Shown: positions 18,232 through 28,987, numbered from the stretch's first letter. The stretch: DNA of 64,000 nucleotides from an uncultured bacterium (GCA_905215445.1 CAJMPZ010000003.1:387-64386); one strand, 5' to 3'. Made by a program: numbers and translations. Notes: a model not told the origin generated them from the sequence alone.

Positions 18232-20143
18232 GGCAACGACCGCCGAGCGCGCGCTCAACCGTAAGGGCGGCACCATGTCGCGCCTCATCAAGACGCTCTT
18301 TGGCTTCTATCCCGTGCTTTTGCCCCTTGTCGTCGCCGGCGTGGTGCTCTGCGCCATCATCAACTCCATCGGCGCGACCTTCCTGCAGAGCGCCCTGCAG
18401 ATTATTAGCGAATCGTGGCAGTCGGGCGATTGGGAAGCCGCACGGCCCAAGATTCTGCAGCTCGTGACCACCCTCGCCTGCATTTACGGCGTCGGCGTCC
18501 TGTCCTCGCTCTTCTGGAACCGCGCCATGGCTATCGTCACGCAGGGCTCGTTGGAGAAGCTTCGCGAGATGATGTTCAACCGCATGCAGGACCTGCCGAT
18601 CCGCTACTTTGACACGCACCAGCGCGGCGATACCATGAGCCACTACACCAACGACATCGACACGCTGCGTCAGATGATCAGCCAGTCGCTGCCCAACCTG
18701 CTCATGACGATCATCATCATCGTCACGGTGTTCTTTATCATGCTGTACTACAGCGTGTGGATGTGCCTGGTCATCATCGCCGGCGTCGTCTTTATGACCT
18801 TTATGACCAAGCTGCTCGGCTCCAACTCCGCGCGCTTCTTCATTGCGCAGCAGACCGAGCTCGGCGTGGTCGAGGGCCATATCGAGGAGGTCATGAACGG
18901 CCAGAAGGTCGTCAAGGCGTTCTGCCACGAGTCTGCCGCCGAGGCCGATTTTGACGAGCGCAACGAAAAGCTCTTTGAGGTCTCCCAGAAGGCCAACATG
19001 TACGCCAACATCCTCATGCCCATCCTTATGAACCTGGGCAACCTGCTCTACGTGCTGGTGGCCCTTGCCGGCGGCATTTTCCTTGCGCTGGGCGTGCCCA
19101 ACCTGAGCATCTCGGGCATGGCGCTGTCCATCTCCGTCGTAGTGCCGTTCCTCAATATGACCAAGCAGTTCTGCGGACAGATTGGCCAGATCTCGCAGCA
19201 GATCAACGCCGTGGTCATGGGCCTTGCCGGCGCCGACCGCATCTTTGAGCTCATCGACGAGGAGCCCGAGGCCGACGAGGGCTACGTGACGCTCGTCAAC
19301 GCGCAGGTGAACCCCGAGACTTGGGAGTTCGAGGAGGCGGACCACCACACCGGCATGTGGGCGTGGAAACATCCGCACCGCGCAACCGGCGAGATCGAGT
19401 ACGTACCGCTGCGCGGCGACCTGGTCATGGACAACGTCGACTTTGGCTACACGCCCGACCACGAGGTGCTGCACGGCGTGTCCGTGTTTGCCAAGCCGGG
19501 CCAGAAGGTCGCGTTTGTCGGCGCCACCGGTGCCGGCAAGACGACCATCACCAACCTCATCAACCGCTTCTACGACATCGCCGACGGCAAGATCCGCTAC
19601 GACGGCATCAACGTCAACAAGATCCGCAAGGCCGACCTGCGCCGAAGCCTGGGCGTCGTGCTGCAGGACGTGAACCTGTTCACCGGCACCGTGATGGATA
19701 ACATCCGCTACGGCAACCTGGATGCCACCGACGAGGAGTGCATCGCGGCGGCCAAGCTTGCCGGCGCGGACGACTTTATCACACGCCTGCCCGACGGCTA
19801 TGACACCATGCTCACCGGCAACGGCGCCCAACTGTCGCAGGGCCAGCGTCAGCTAATTTCGATCGCACGCGCCGCCGTCGCCGATCCGCCGGCGATGATC
19901 CTGGACGAGGCCACGAGCTCCATCGACACCCGCACCGAGGCCATCGTACAGGCGGGCATGGACAAGCTCATGGAGGGCCGCACGACGTTTGTCATCGCAC
20001 ACCGCCTGTCCACCGTGCGCAACTCCGACGCGATCATCTGTCTGGATCACGGCCGCATCATCGAGCGCGGCAACCACGACGAGCTGATCGCCAAGCGCGG
20101 GTATTACTACCAGCTGTACACGGGAGCGTTTGAGCTGGAGTAG
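18224..20143 (+). CDS. Heterodimeric ABC exporter subunit (consensus catalytic Glu and His)
   Basis: GATGAGKT, LSQGQRQ, LDEATSSID, IAHRLST. Confidence 0.93.
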   Translation: MSKATTAERALNRKGGTMSRLIKTLFGFYPVLLPLVVAGVVLCAIINSIGATFLQSALQIISESWQSGDWEAARPKILQLVTTLACIYGVGVLSSLFWNRAMAIVTQGSLEKLREMMFNRMQDLPIRYFDTHQRGDTMSHYTNDIDTLRQMISQSLPNLLMTIIIIVTVFFIMLYYSVWMCLVIIAGVVFMTFMTKLLGSNSARFFIAQQTELGVVEGHIEEVMNGQKVVKAFCHESAAEADFDERNEKLFEVSQKANMYANILMPILMNLGNLLYVLVALAGGIFLALGVPNLSISGMALSISVVVPFLNMTKQFCGQIGQISQQINAVVMGLAGADRIFELIDEEPEADEGYVTLVNAQVNPETWEFEEADHHTGMWAWKHPHRATGEIEYVPLRGDLVMDNVDFGYTPDHEVLHGVSVFAKPGQKVAFVGATGAGKTTITNLINRFYDIADGKIRYDGINVNKIRKADLRRSLGVVLQDVNLFTGTVMDNIRYGNLDATDEECIAAAKLAGADDFITRLPDGYDTMLTGNGAQLSQGQRQLISIARAAVADPPAMILDEATSSIDTRTEAIVQAGMDKLMEGRTTFVIAHRLSTVRNSDAIICLDHGRIIERGNHDELIAKRGYYYQLYTGAFELE

Positions 20144-20157
20144 GAACGGTTACTGAC

Positions 20158-20263
20158 GGAGGGTGCCCCGGGGCGGCGGGGTAATTCCTCCGTGCTCAAA
20201 CATTCTCGCTTCGCTGCGAAACTGCGCGCGGAGGAAATACCCCGCCGCCCCGGGGCACCCTCC
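20158..20263. repeat. GC-rich long hairpin element between convergent genes
   Basis: GGAGGGTGCCCCGGGGCGGCGGGGTA pairs with TACCCCGCCGCCCCGGGGCACCCTCC around a CTCGCTTCGCTGCG core. Confidence 0.7.
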
Positions 20264-20346
20264 TGCGCGCAATCAGCCCGTTGTTTAAAACGGAATAAAG
20301 GTTAGTGAGGCCCTGGCCGTTTGGCCAGGGCCTCGTTTTGTGTGAG

Positions 20347-21225
20347 CTACTTGAGGAATTGGGCAATGGCGTTGACGAATTTTTGGACTTGGAGGGTGGG
20401 CTCGAGCGGGTAGTGCAAATAGACCGGCACCTCGCGGCCGCACAAAAACGGTACGCCCACAAAGGCCGGGTGCACGCCCGACCACGCTCCGCAGGTGAGC
20501 ACCGCGTCGCCCTTTTCCTCCGCCTCGTTAAAAAGCGCAAAGTCAAAGCTGTCCACGTCGATCACGTCCACGCCGCCGTCGGCCAAAAGATCGATACGCA
20601 GGCTGTCCATGGCGTCGTTGCCGTGACGAAGCACGCGCAGGCGCATACCCTCCAGGTCGGCAACCGTGATGCGCGTCTTGCGCGCGAGTCGGCTTGTGCG
20701 CGGCACGTCGATATAAAACGGCACGGTAACGATGCGAAGCTTTTGGCAGGCGTCTCCCCAGCGCGGGGTCGAAAAACTCGACTGCACCACGTCGACCTCG
20801 CGTCCCAGACTGCGCATAACGGTCTCGTGCTCATCGTAAAGGTCCCCCACCGGCACAATCTCAAAACGCAAACGCGGTTCCATGTCGTGCAGCTGCGGCC
20901 ATAGCGCGAGTGTATGGCGCCCCGGGCACATCATCGACACACCCAGGCGCACGGCGCCGCCATCGCCCGCCGCGCGTCGGGCACGACGCAGTGCGTCCTC
21001 GGACTGGCGCATGATCGAGCGCGCGTCGTCCACCAGCAGAGCACCCGCCGGCGTCACCTTGACGCCCGAATGCGAGCGCTCGAACAGCGTGATGCCGAAC
21101 TCGGCCTCGAAGCCCGAAACCTGCTTGACGAGTGCCGGCGTCGACACGCGCAGCTTTGCCGCGGCACGCGAGAAACTTCCCAGCTCCGCGGCGGCCGAAA
21201 TAGCGTCAAGTCGTCGATCGTACAC
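20347..21225 (-). CDS. LysR-family regulator
   Basis: AELGSFSRAAAKLRVSTPALVKQVSGFEAEFGITLFERSHSGVKVTPAG; GTG start estimated. Confidence 0.9.
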   Translation of the reverse strand: MYDRRLDAISAAAELGSFSRAAAKLRVSTPALVKQVSGFEAEFGITLFERSHSGVKVTPAGALLVDDARSIMRQSEDALRRARRAAGDGGAVRLGVSMMCPGRHTLALWPQLHDMEPRLRFEIVPVGDLYDEHETVMRSLGREVDVVQSSFSTPRWGDACQKLRIVTVPFYIDVPRTSRLARKTRITVADLEGMRLRVLRHGNDAMDSLRIDLLADGGVDVIDVDSFDFALFNEAEEKGDAVLTCGAWSGVHPAFVGVPFLCGREVPVYLHYPLEPTLQVQKFVNAIAQFLK

Positions 21226-21458
21226 GTCAATCTCCCGTTTTCGCACGCGCGGGCCCACAGCACCGCAGGGGGTCGTTTTCGCAGGTCACGCGCTCAATTG
21301 AGAACAAACCTCAATGTACAGTGTAAACCTACGGTTAACGTCATTCTAACAAATATGCAATTCACCTGCGCGAACGCTAAGCATACGATAACCAGCGAAA
21401 ACCACGTGGGTCGGTTAATGGGAGCGACCCACCGGGAGGCACAAGAAGGGAAGTTCCT

Positions 21459-22340
21459 ATGAGCAACTGGCTTAAGCTCGAGGGCGATGTCTGCGCCGTG
21501 ACCGGCGCACTCGGCGGTATGGGCGTCGAGATTTGCCGCGAGTTCGCCCGCAACGGCGCCAACGTCGTCCTGCTCGATCTGGACGAGGAAAAGGTCAAGG
21601 CCGCAGCCGCTGACCTCGCCGCTGAGTTTGGCATCCACGCCGAGGGCTACAAGATGAACGCCACCGACGAGGCCGAGGTTCAGGCCGCCGTCGATGCCAC
21701 CATCGCCGACTTCGGCCGCGTCGACGTCCTCGTCAACACCGCCGGCATCCTGCGCTTCGCAGCCATGGAAGACCTGCCGCTCTCCGACTGGAACGAGGTC
21801 ATCAACGTCAACCTCACCGGCTACTTCATCACCTCGCAGCGCTTTGGTCGCGAGATGATCAAGGCCGGCCAGGGCCGCCTGGTGCACATCTCCACCGTCG
21901 CCAGCCACTCCCCCGAGACGTTCTCGGGCGTGTACAGCTCCACCAAGGCCGGCGTCAACATGATGTCCAAGATGCTCGCCGCCGAGTGGGGCCCCTACGG
22001 CGTGCGCTCCAACTGCGTCGAGCCCTGCTTCGTTAAGACCCCGATGTCGGCCAACTTCTACGCCGACCCCGAGGTCGAAAAGAGCCGCAGCCGCCTGATC
22101 GCCACGCGCCGCATCGGCGAGGTCAGCGATATCGCCAACGCCGTGATGTTCCTGGCGTCCAAGCGCTCGGACTTTACCACCGGCGACGCCATCAAGGTCG
22201 ATGGCGGCTTCTCCAACATGATGGGCGACCTCACCGCCAAGCCCGGTGGCCGTCGCGCATACGCCGACAACTACCTTAAGAACAAGGGTGTCAAGCTTTG
22301 GTCCGACGAGTCCGGCGTCGCAAAGCCGACTGACCAGTAA
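21459..22340 (+). CDS. SDR-family NAD(P)-dependent oxidoreductase
   Basis: TGALGGMG, VNTAG, YSSTK, VDGG. Confidence 0.92.
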   Translation: MSNWLKLEGDVCAVTGALGGMGVEICREFARNGANVVLLDLDEEKVKAAAADLAAEFGIHAEGYKMNATDEAEVQAAVDATIADFGRVDVLVNTAGILRFAAMEDLPLSDWNEVINVNLTGYFITSQRFGREMIKAGQGRLVHISTVASHSPETFSGVYSSTKAGVNMMSKMLAAEWGPYGVRSNCVEPCFVKTPMSANFYADPEVEKSRSRLIATRRIGEVSDIANAVMFLASKRSDFTTGDAIKVDGGFSNMMGDLTAKPGGRRAYADNYLKNKGVKLWSDESGVAKPTDQ

Positions 22341-22405
22341 ACCAGCCTGACAGGGAGGCTCGCGGTGACGCCCGCCTCTCCCCCGCATCGATTAGAAAGA
22401 GTCCA

Positions 22406-23662
22406 ATGGCTTCCACCAACTCCAACAAGGGTCGCGCCGTCGTGCTTTCCGCCGCGTGCGTCACCATGTTCTTCATCAGCTCCATCGCGTTGTATTCCGT
22501 CGTGAGCAAGAACCTGCTCGCCGTCTACCCCGAGTGGTCCAGCGCCCTCACCTGGGCTTTCCCGGTCTTTCAGACCATCATGGCCGTGACGGGCATCTTC
22601 GCCGGCCGCATCTCCGATAAGATCGGCCCGCGCAACGTCGTGATCGCCGCCGCCGTGTGCTACGGTCTGGGCTGGTTCATGTCCGGCACCGTCACCGAGC
22701 CGTGGCAGTTCTACCTGTGGTTCTCGCTCGTCGCCGCCATCGGCAACGGCCTGGGCTACAACCCGGCGCTCACCACCGGCCAAAAGTGGTTCATCGACAA
22801 GAAGGGCCTCGCCTCCGGTATCACCCTGGCCGCCTCCACCGCCGGCCCCGCCGTCCTGTCCCCGGTGCTCGCCTCGCTGCTCATCCCGAGCCTCGGCATC
22901 TTTGGCGCCCTCAAGGCACTCGGCGTCATCTTCTTTGTGACGATCGCCGCCTCCGCCCTGCTCCTGAAGGCCCCCAAGGGCGGCTGGCTGCCCGAGGGCT
23001 TCGAGGCCCCCAAGGGCGGCGCGCATGCCGGCACCTTCGGCGACCTCACCCCTGGTGAGATGGTCAAGACCCCACGCTTCTGGGTCCTCATCGTCACCTT
23101 CGCCTTTGCCGCCACCGCAGGCACCCTGCTCGTGGGCAAGGTTGCCTCCATCGCCGCCGTCCAGCTCTTCGCCGACCCCACGAGCGCCGCGGCTGTCGCC
23201 CTCGGCGGCGTGGTGGTCTCCGTCAACACCTGCGCCAACCTGGTCGGCCGTCTGTCCTTTGGCCAGATCATCGACAAGCTCGGCGCCTACAAGTCGCTGC
23301 TCATCAGCCTTGTCGTGACCATCGTCGCGCTCGTCATCATGTCGATGAGCTTTACGCAGAGCATGTTCTTTGTGGCGCTCGCCCTGCTCGGCTTTAGCTT
23401 TGGCGCCCTGCTCGTCATCTACCCGCCGCTCACCGGTGGCGCCTTTGGCACCAGCAACATCGGCGTCAACTACGGCATCATGTTTTTGGGCTACGCCGCT
23501 TCTACCTGGATCAGCCAGCCCATCACCGCCGTGCTGTATCACGCCGAGGCCGGCAGCGCCGCCTACCAGCAGTCCTTCTACGGCGCCATCGTGATTGCCG
23601 TCATCGCCGTCGTACTCACCGTCTACATGATGGTCTCCGACAGCAAGAAGAAGTCCGCTTAG
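22406..23662 (+). CDS. MFS transporter, OFA (oxalate:formate antiporter)-like
   Basis: GRISDKIGPR, GNGLGY...KWFIDKKGLASG, TPGEMVKTPRFW, FGTSNIGVNYG. Confidence 0.88.
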   Translation: MASTNSNKGRAVVLSAACVTMFFISSIALYSVVSKNLLAVYPEWSSALTWAFPVFQTIMAVTGIFAGRISDKIGPRNVVIAAAVCYGLGWFMSGTVTEPWQFYLWFSLVAAIGNGLGYNPALTTGQKWFIDKKGLASGITLAASTAGPAVLSPVLASLLIPSLGIFGALKALGVIFFVTIAASALLLKAPKGGWLPEGFEAPKGGAHAGTFGDLTPGEMVKTPRFWVLIVTFAFAATAGTLLVGKVASIAAVQLFADPTSAAAVALGGVVVSVNTCANLVGRLSFGQIIDKLGAYKSLLISLVVTIVALVIMSMSFTQSMFFVALALLGFSFGALLVIYPPLTGGAFGTSNIGVNYGIMFLGYAASTWISQPITAVLYHAEAGSAAYQQSFYGAIVIAVIAVVLTVYMMVSDSKKKSA

Positions 23663-23730
23663 TTTTGCTTGACGCGGCAAGGGCCGTTCTCTTGCCGCAT
23701 TCCACCGGTCACCAGTATTAAGGAGTCGAA

Positions 23731-24771
23731 ATGTCTGAGCTCAACCCCGTCCGCATTGCCGTTATCGGCGCCGGTGCCATGGGCCGCAACCACATCCGCT
23801 TTGTCACCGAGGAGCCCGAAGCCGAGCTCGTCGCCATCGCCGACGCCTTTGAGGGCGCCCGCGCCACGGCCGAGGCCGCCGGCGTGCCGTTTTACACCGA
23901 TCCCGCCCAGATGATGGACGAGGTCAAGCCCGAGGCCGTCATCATCGCCACCCCCAACGACCTGCATCTGGGCGTTGCCCGCGAGGCCATCAAGCGCAAC
24001 ATCGTGCCGCTGGTCGAAAAGCCGATCTCCAACGATCTTGAGGATGCCCAGGCCTTCGCCGCCGAGGCCGAGACCGCCGGCGTGCCCGTGCTCGTGGGTC
24101 AGCACCGTCGCCACAACCCCTTCGTCAACAAGGCCAAGGAGATCATCGAGTCCGGCGAGCTGGGCAAGCTCACCGTGTCGAGCTTCCACTACATGATCTA
24201 TAAGAATGACGAGTACTTCGATGTCGAGTGGCGCCACAAGAAGGGTGCCGGCCCGATCCTGGTTAACCTGGTTCACGACGTCGACCTGCTCCGCTATCTG
24301 CTGGGCGAGCCCGTTGCCGTCCAGGGTATGCAGTCCAGCGCCGCCCGCGGTTTTGAGACTGAGGACTCCGCCGTGGTCAACGTCCGTTTTGCCGATGGCG
24401 CGCTCGCAAGCATGACCATCTCCGATGCCACCGCCAGCCCCTGGAACTGGGAGGCCACCGCTCGCGAGGACCCGCAGTACCGTCCCTTCGACGCCGACGC
24501 CTACTTTATCGGCGGAACCTTGGGCGCCCTTTCGCTGCCCCGCCTGCACCAGTTCTCCTACGACGGCGCCTCCAACTGGCACAAGCCGCTGCAGATGGAG
24601 ATTCCGGCCGTGGACCCGGCGCTGCCGCACAAGATGCAGCTCAAGCACTTTGTGAAGGTTGTCCGCCGTGAGGTTGAGCCCGTCGTGACCCCCGCCGACA
24701 ACGTCAAGACGCTCACGCTTCTCAACGCCATCAAGGAGGCCGCCGAGACCGGCCAGCTCGTCGAGCTGTAA
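23731..24771 (+). CDS. Gfo/Idh/MocA-family oxidoreductase
   Basis: IGAGAMG, IATPNDLH, LVEKPI, GQHRRHNP, GAGPILVNLVHDVD. Confidence 0.92.
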   Translation: MSELNPVRIAVIGAGAMGRNHIRFVTEEPEAELVAIADAFEGARATAEAAGVPFYTDPAQMMDEVKPEAVIIATPNDLHLGVAREAIKRNIVPLVEKPISNDLEDAQAFAAEAETAGVPVLVGQHRRHNPFVNKAKEIIESGELGKLTVSSFHYMIYKNDEYFDVEWRHKKGAGPILVNLVHDVDLLRYLLGEPVAVQGMQSSAARGFETEDSAVVNVRFADGALASMTISDATASPWNWEATAREDPQYRPFDADAYFIGGTLGALSLPRLHQFSYDGASNWHKPLQMEIPAVDPALPHKMQLKHFVKVVRREVEPVVTPADNVKTLTLLNAIKEAAETGQLVEL

Positions 24772-24941
24772 TGCCTTGAGAGCGGCCGCGGCAGAAACCC
24801 CATGCCGAGTCCCTCGGTCCGCCACAAATAAGCCCCTCTTCTTTGCCCCGCGAGCAGCCTCCTGCCCGCGGGGCATTTTGCTACGTTTCCAATGATTTTT
24901 CTGGGACGGGGGACTTTTTGCACCTTAGCTTGATTCGTTCG

Positions 24942-25099
24942 CCACGAAATGTGCCTATCTACTACGTTTAACCAATCACCCTCATCCATACCGAATTTCG
25001 CGAAATAAAAACCGCAGGTAAACGGCTTGCGCATTTTCGGAAAACCGGGGGATGGTCGACCCACACGGTTCAAACGTAGTAGATAGGCCGCTTTCGTGG
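24942..25099. repeat. MITE-like element with about 28-bp terminal inverted repeats
   Basis: CCACGAAAtgtGCCTATCTACTACGTTT ... AAACGTAGTAGATAGGCcgcTTTCGTGG. Confidence 0.7.
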
Positions 25100-25191
25100 T
25101 CCCGCGCCAAAACAGTCTTTTTTGAGCGAAGTGGCAGGTGGTATCCTTGGTAGCTCTGTGCTGCAAACGCACCTCAAACGCAAGGAGTCCC

Positions 25192-27339
25192 ATGGATCTT
25201 ATCGCCCAGCTCGCGCGCGAGCTCAACCTTAAGGCCGCCAACGTCGAGGCGGCCGTCAAGCTCATCGACGAGGGAAACACCATTCCCTTTATCTCGCGCT
25301 ACCGCAAGGAAGCCACGGGCGGCATGGACGATGTCGCCCTGCGCGCGCTCGACGAGCGCCTGTCCTACCTGCGTAATCTTGAGCAGCGCAAAGAGGACGT
25401 CATTCTGCTCATCGGCGCCCAGGGCAAGCTCACGCCCGAGCTCGAGCAACAGATTCGCGAGGCCACACAGCTCCAGCGTGTCGAGGACCTCTACAAGCCC
25501 TACCGCAAAAAGCGCATGACCCGCGCGCAGAAGGCACGCGAGGCCGGCCTGGAGCCGCTCGCCAACATGATCATCATGCAGGCCTCGGCCAAGGGCAGCG
25601 CGCTCGACGCCGCCGCGGACTACGTCAACGAGGAGGCCGGCTTCGACACGCCCGAAAAGGCGCTCGCCGGCGCCGCCGACATCGTGGCCGAGACGGTGGC
25701 CGAAGATCCCGAGAACGTCGCCGACCTGCGCGCCTTTACGCAAAACACCGCCGACATCGTCGTCGAGGCCACCGACCCCGCCGAGAAGACCCCCTACGAG
25801 CCGTACTACAGCTATGATGAGCCGCTGCGCCGTATACCCAACCACCGCGTGCTGGCTATCGACCGCGGTGAGCGCGAGGGCAAGCTCCGCGTGCGCGTGA
25901 ACGTCGACGGCGCTGCCGCTACGGCACGCCTCGGCAGCCGCTGGCCCCGTCGCCAGGGCGTGTTTGCTCCCGTCTTTGACGCCGCCATCGCTGACGGTTA
26001 CAAGCGTCTCATGGCCCCCTCGCTGGAGCGCGAGGCCCGCGCCAAACTCACCGTTCGTGCCCAGACCGAGGCCATCAACGTCTTTGCCAAGAATCTCGAG
26101 GGCTTGCTCTCGGCGCGCCCCGTGCGCGGCGCCCGCGTGCTCGCGCTCGATCCGGGCTACCGCACCGGCTGCAAGGTCGCCGTCATGGACGAGACCGGCA
26201 AGCTACTCGACCACGGCGTGGTCTATCCCACCAAGCCGCGCCACGACGTCGCCGGCACCAAGCGCGAGCTCGCCCGCCTCGTCAAGAAGGACAGCGTCAA
26301 CACCATCGTCATCGGCAACGGCACCGCCAGCCGCGAGACCGAGGAAGTCGTCTCGGAGTTTATCGCCGAGCAGGCGCCTGGACTGCGATACACCATCGTC
26401 AACGAGGCCGGCGCGTCGGTGTACTCCGCCTCCGAGCTCGCCAGCCAGGAATATCCAGACCTGGACGTCACCGTACGTGGCGCCATGAGCTTGGGTCGTC
26501 GCCTGCAGGACCCGCTGGCAGAGCTCGTTAAGATTCCGCCCCAGTCCATCGGCGTGGGCCAATACCAGCACGACCTTGACCAGGCCGAGCTTTCGCGCAC
26601 CCTGGGCCACGTGGTGGAGGACGTCGTCAACCGCGTAGGCGTCGACGTAAACACCGCAAGCGCAAGCCTGCTGGGCTACGTGTCGGGCATTACGCCGAGC
26701 GTGGCCAAGAACATCGTGGCCTACCGCGAGGAAAACGGCGCCTTTACCGATCGCCGCCAGCTTAAGAAGGTCCCCAAGCTGGGACCCAAGGCATACCTCA
26801 ACGCCGCGGGCTTCCTGCGCATTAGCGGCGGCAAGAACCCGCTCGACGCGACGAGCGTCCACCCCGAAAGCTACGAGGTGGCCACGTCCGTCCTGGAACG
26901 CGCAGGCGTTAAAGCCAGCGAGCTCAGCCGCGGCGGCGTGCCCGACATCGAGCGCCGCCTGGGCAGCATCTCGACGCTGGCAAGCGACCTGGACTGCGGC
27001 ACCCTAACGCTCATCGACATTGTCAACGAGCTCAAGAAGCCCGGCCGCGACCCGCGCGACGACGCACCCGAGGTGGTCTTTAGCCGCTCGGCGCTTTCCA
27101 TCGACGACCTGGAACCCGGCATGGAACTCAAGGGCACGGTGCGCAATGTTGTGGACTTTGGCGCCTTCGTCGACGTGGGCGTGCACCAGGACGGCCTCGT
27201 ACACATCTCCAAGCTGGCCAACCGCTTCGTCAAGCACCCCAGCGACGTGGTGCGCGTCGGTGACACGGTCAAGGTGTGGGTTGAAAAGGTCGATCGCGAC
27301 CGCAAAAAGATCTCCCTCACCATGGTGCAGGGGAAGTAA
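25192..27339 (+). CDS. tex: Tex-family transcription accessory RNA-binding protein
   Basis: EGNTIPFISRYRKEATG, LDPGYRTGCK, GNGTASRET, EAGASVYSAS, C-terminal S1 domain (FGAFVDVGVHQDGLVHIS). Confidence 0.96.
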   Translation: MDLIAQLARELNLKAANVEAAVKLIDEGNTIPFISRYRKEATGGMDDVALRALDERLSYLRNLEQRKEDVILLIGAQGKLTPELEQQIREATQLQRVEDLYKPYRKKRMTRAQKAREAGLEPLANMIIMQASAKGSALDAAADYVNEEAGFDTPEKALAGAADIVAETVAEDPENVADLRAFTQNTADIVVEATDPAEKTPYEPYYSYDEPLRRIPNHRVLAIDRGEREGKLRVRVNVDGAAATARLGSRWPRRQGVFAPVFDAAIADGYKRLMAPSLEREARAKLTVRAQTEAINVFAKNLEGLLSARPVRGARVLALDPGYRTGCKVAVMDETGKLLDHGVVYPTKPRHDVAGTKRELARLVKKDSVNTIVIGNGTASRETEEVVSEFIAEQAPGLRYTIVNEAGASVYSASELASQEYPDLDVTVRGAMSLGRRLQDPLAELVKIPPQSIGVGQYQHDLDQAELSRTLGHVVEDVVNRVGVDVNTASASLLGYVSGITPSVAKNIVAYREENGAFTDRRQLKKVPKLGPKAYLNAAGFLRISGGKNPLDATSVHPESYEVATSVLERAGVKASELSRGGVPDIERRLGSISTLASDLDCGTLTLIDIVNELKKPGRDPRDDAPEVVFSRSALSIDDLEPGMELKGTVRNVVDFGAFVDVGVHQDGLVHISKLANRFVKHPSDVVRVGDTVKVWVEKVDRDRKKISLTMVQGK

Positions 27340-27370
27340 ACCGCCAAAGCAAGGGTCTCCCCTCTCGCGA

Positions 27371-27542
27371 CGTGCAAAATCGCGAGTATTCTGCAAATTC
27401 CACCGTTCCGGATGCCCCTCAGAGACGAAAAAGCAAGAAACAGCCCCCGTTTTAGCGTCATCAGAGCCAAAACGGGGGCTGTTCCATGCTTCACCCAGCT
27501 GGTAAAAGCCTTTACCTTGCTGAATACTCTCAATTTTGCACG
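27371..27542. repeat. MITE-like element with 26-bp terminal inverted repeats and an internal hairpin
   Basis: CGTGCAAAATCGCGAGTATTCTGCAA versus TTGCTGAATACTCTCAATTTTGCACG (3 mismatches); inner ACAGCCCCCGTTTT/AAAACGGGGGCTGT. Confidence 0.7.
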
Positions 27543-27720
27543 GCGCAGGCGGGGGTACCTTTGTCCACGGCAGGATATGGAAGCCTATCACCAACCTACC
27601 GGCAAGTTCGTGTCGGCAGCCCCGGCCTTTCCTTTGCCTAGCGCGACCCTCGCGAAGCGCGTGAGCGATAAGGAAAGGAAAGGCCGGGGCGAACAACCCG
27701 CGATGTAGCCAGCGTTCGCG

Positions 27721-28425
27721 TTACGGCAGGATATGGAAACCGAGCGAGGCGATATCCTTGGCAAAACCGCGCACGGTGTTGAGCGAGACCTCGTACGGGT
27801 CGCGACCGATGTTCTTGCGCTTGGCCAGGATGCTGTTGGGCACCGTAATGATCTGGCAACCGCATCCTTCCGCCTGGTAGATATTGATAAGCTCACGCGT
27901 GGACGCCCACAGGACCTCGCAGTTGGGCTTGGCGGCAGCCTTCTTGACCGACTCCGTCATAAACGGAATGGGGTCGACGCCGGTATCGGCGATGCGTCCG
28001 GCAAAGAGCGAGATGATGGACGGCGTCTCGGCGTCAACGGCCTCCACCATCTCGTCGACCTGCGCAGGCGTAAAGATGGTGGTGACGTTGACCTTGATGC
28101 CGTCGGCCGAAAGCTTGCGCACTAGCTCGGCGGTGGACTCACCCTTGGTGGTCACGCACGGAATCTTGACGTAGACGTTATCTGCCCAGGTAGCGATCTC
28201 GCGGGCCTCGACCTCCATGGTCTCGACGTCGTCGGCAAAGACCTCAAACGACACGGACACATCGGTGATGTGGGCCAGGACCTCCTTGGCAAACGCGCGG
28301 TAATCCGTCACGCCGCCCTTCTTCATAAGGGACGGGTTGGTCGTGAAACCCTGAACGTTGCCGTTCTCGTACATGTCGAGCATGCCCTCGAGGTTTGCAC
28401 CGTCAGCGAACACCTTGATTGCCAT
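27721..28425 (-). CDS. tal: Transaldolase (short TalC/FSA family)
   Basis: GFTTNPSL, SFEV (Glu) and SLFAGR (Phe) are transaldolase-type residues; VYVKIP carries the Schiff-base Lys; LWAS. Confidence 0.88.
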   Translation of the reverse strand: MAIKVFADGANLEGMLDMYENGNVQGFTTNPSLMKKGGVTDYRAFAKEVLAHITDVSVSFEVFADDVETMEVEAREIATWADNVYVKIPCVTTKGESTAELVRKLSADGIKVNVTTIFTPAQVDEMVEAVDAETPSIISLFAGRIADTGVDPIPFMTESVKKAAAKPNCEVLWASTRELINIYQAEGCGCQIITVPNSILAKRKNIGRDPYEVSLNTVRGFAKDIASLGFHILP

Positions 28426-28636
28426 CTGCCTGATTCCTTTCGTTAGCATACGGCCGATAAACTGCTAAACACTTTACCTACGTTTATCAAGGCGTGAGCT
28501 GCGGTTTTTTATCTTCTCGGCGAACGGCATAAACGCTTTAGCGTTTTTGAGCACACCCTCCAGCGGCAAAACGATTTTGCAGGGCGAGCCGATTTGAGCC
28601 GCCCGCCGCGGGTGAACGGTAATTGGACGGTTCCCG

Positions 28637-28888
28637 CTAGATCAACCCAAAGTGGCGCATGGCGGTGACGGTACCGTCGTGTGCGACGTCGTCGGTCACG
28701 TAGTTGGCGACCGCCTTGACCTCGGGCATGGCGTTGCCCATGGCAACAGCCGTCTCGACGGCGGCGAGCATGCCCAGGTCGTTGCCCGAATCGCCGAAGC
28801 CAAAAGTGCGCGCATTTCCCTCGCGGCCCAGATACGCCAGCGCTCGCGCCACGCCCACGCCCTTGTCGATGCCCTTGGGGCTCAGCTC
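28637..28888 (-). pseudogene. C-terminal remnant of a Cof-type HAD hydrolase
   Basis: ELSPKGIDKG...FGDSGNDLGML...AMGNA...YVTDDVAHDG is present; no N-terminal DxDGT motif or cap domain upstream. Confidence 0.85.
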
Positions 28889-28987
28889 GCGGTTTGCTTG
28901 CTGGGCTCGCTTGGAAGCTCGGCGGTAAACGCGTCTCCCAGTCAATCCGGCACCGCCGAGGCAAACCCCACACGCGCCCGCCAACGC

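Noticed and set aside
21459..22340. SDR as the Collinsella 7-beta-hydroxysteroid dehydrogenase
   Set aside because: It does not resemble that enzyme's N-terminus as I recall it (GATEGVG); only generic SDR motifs are shared.
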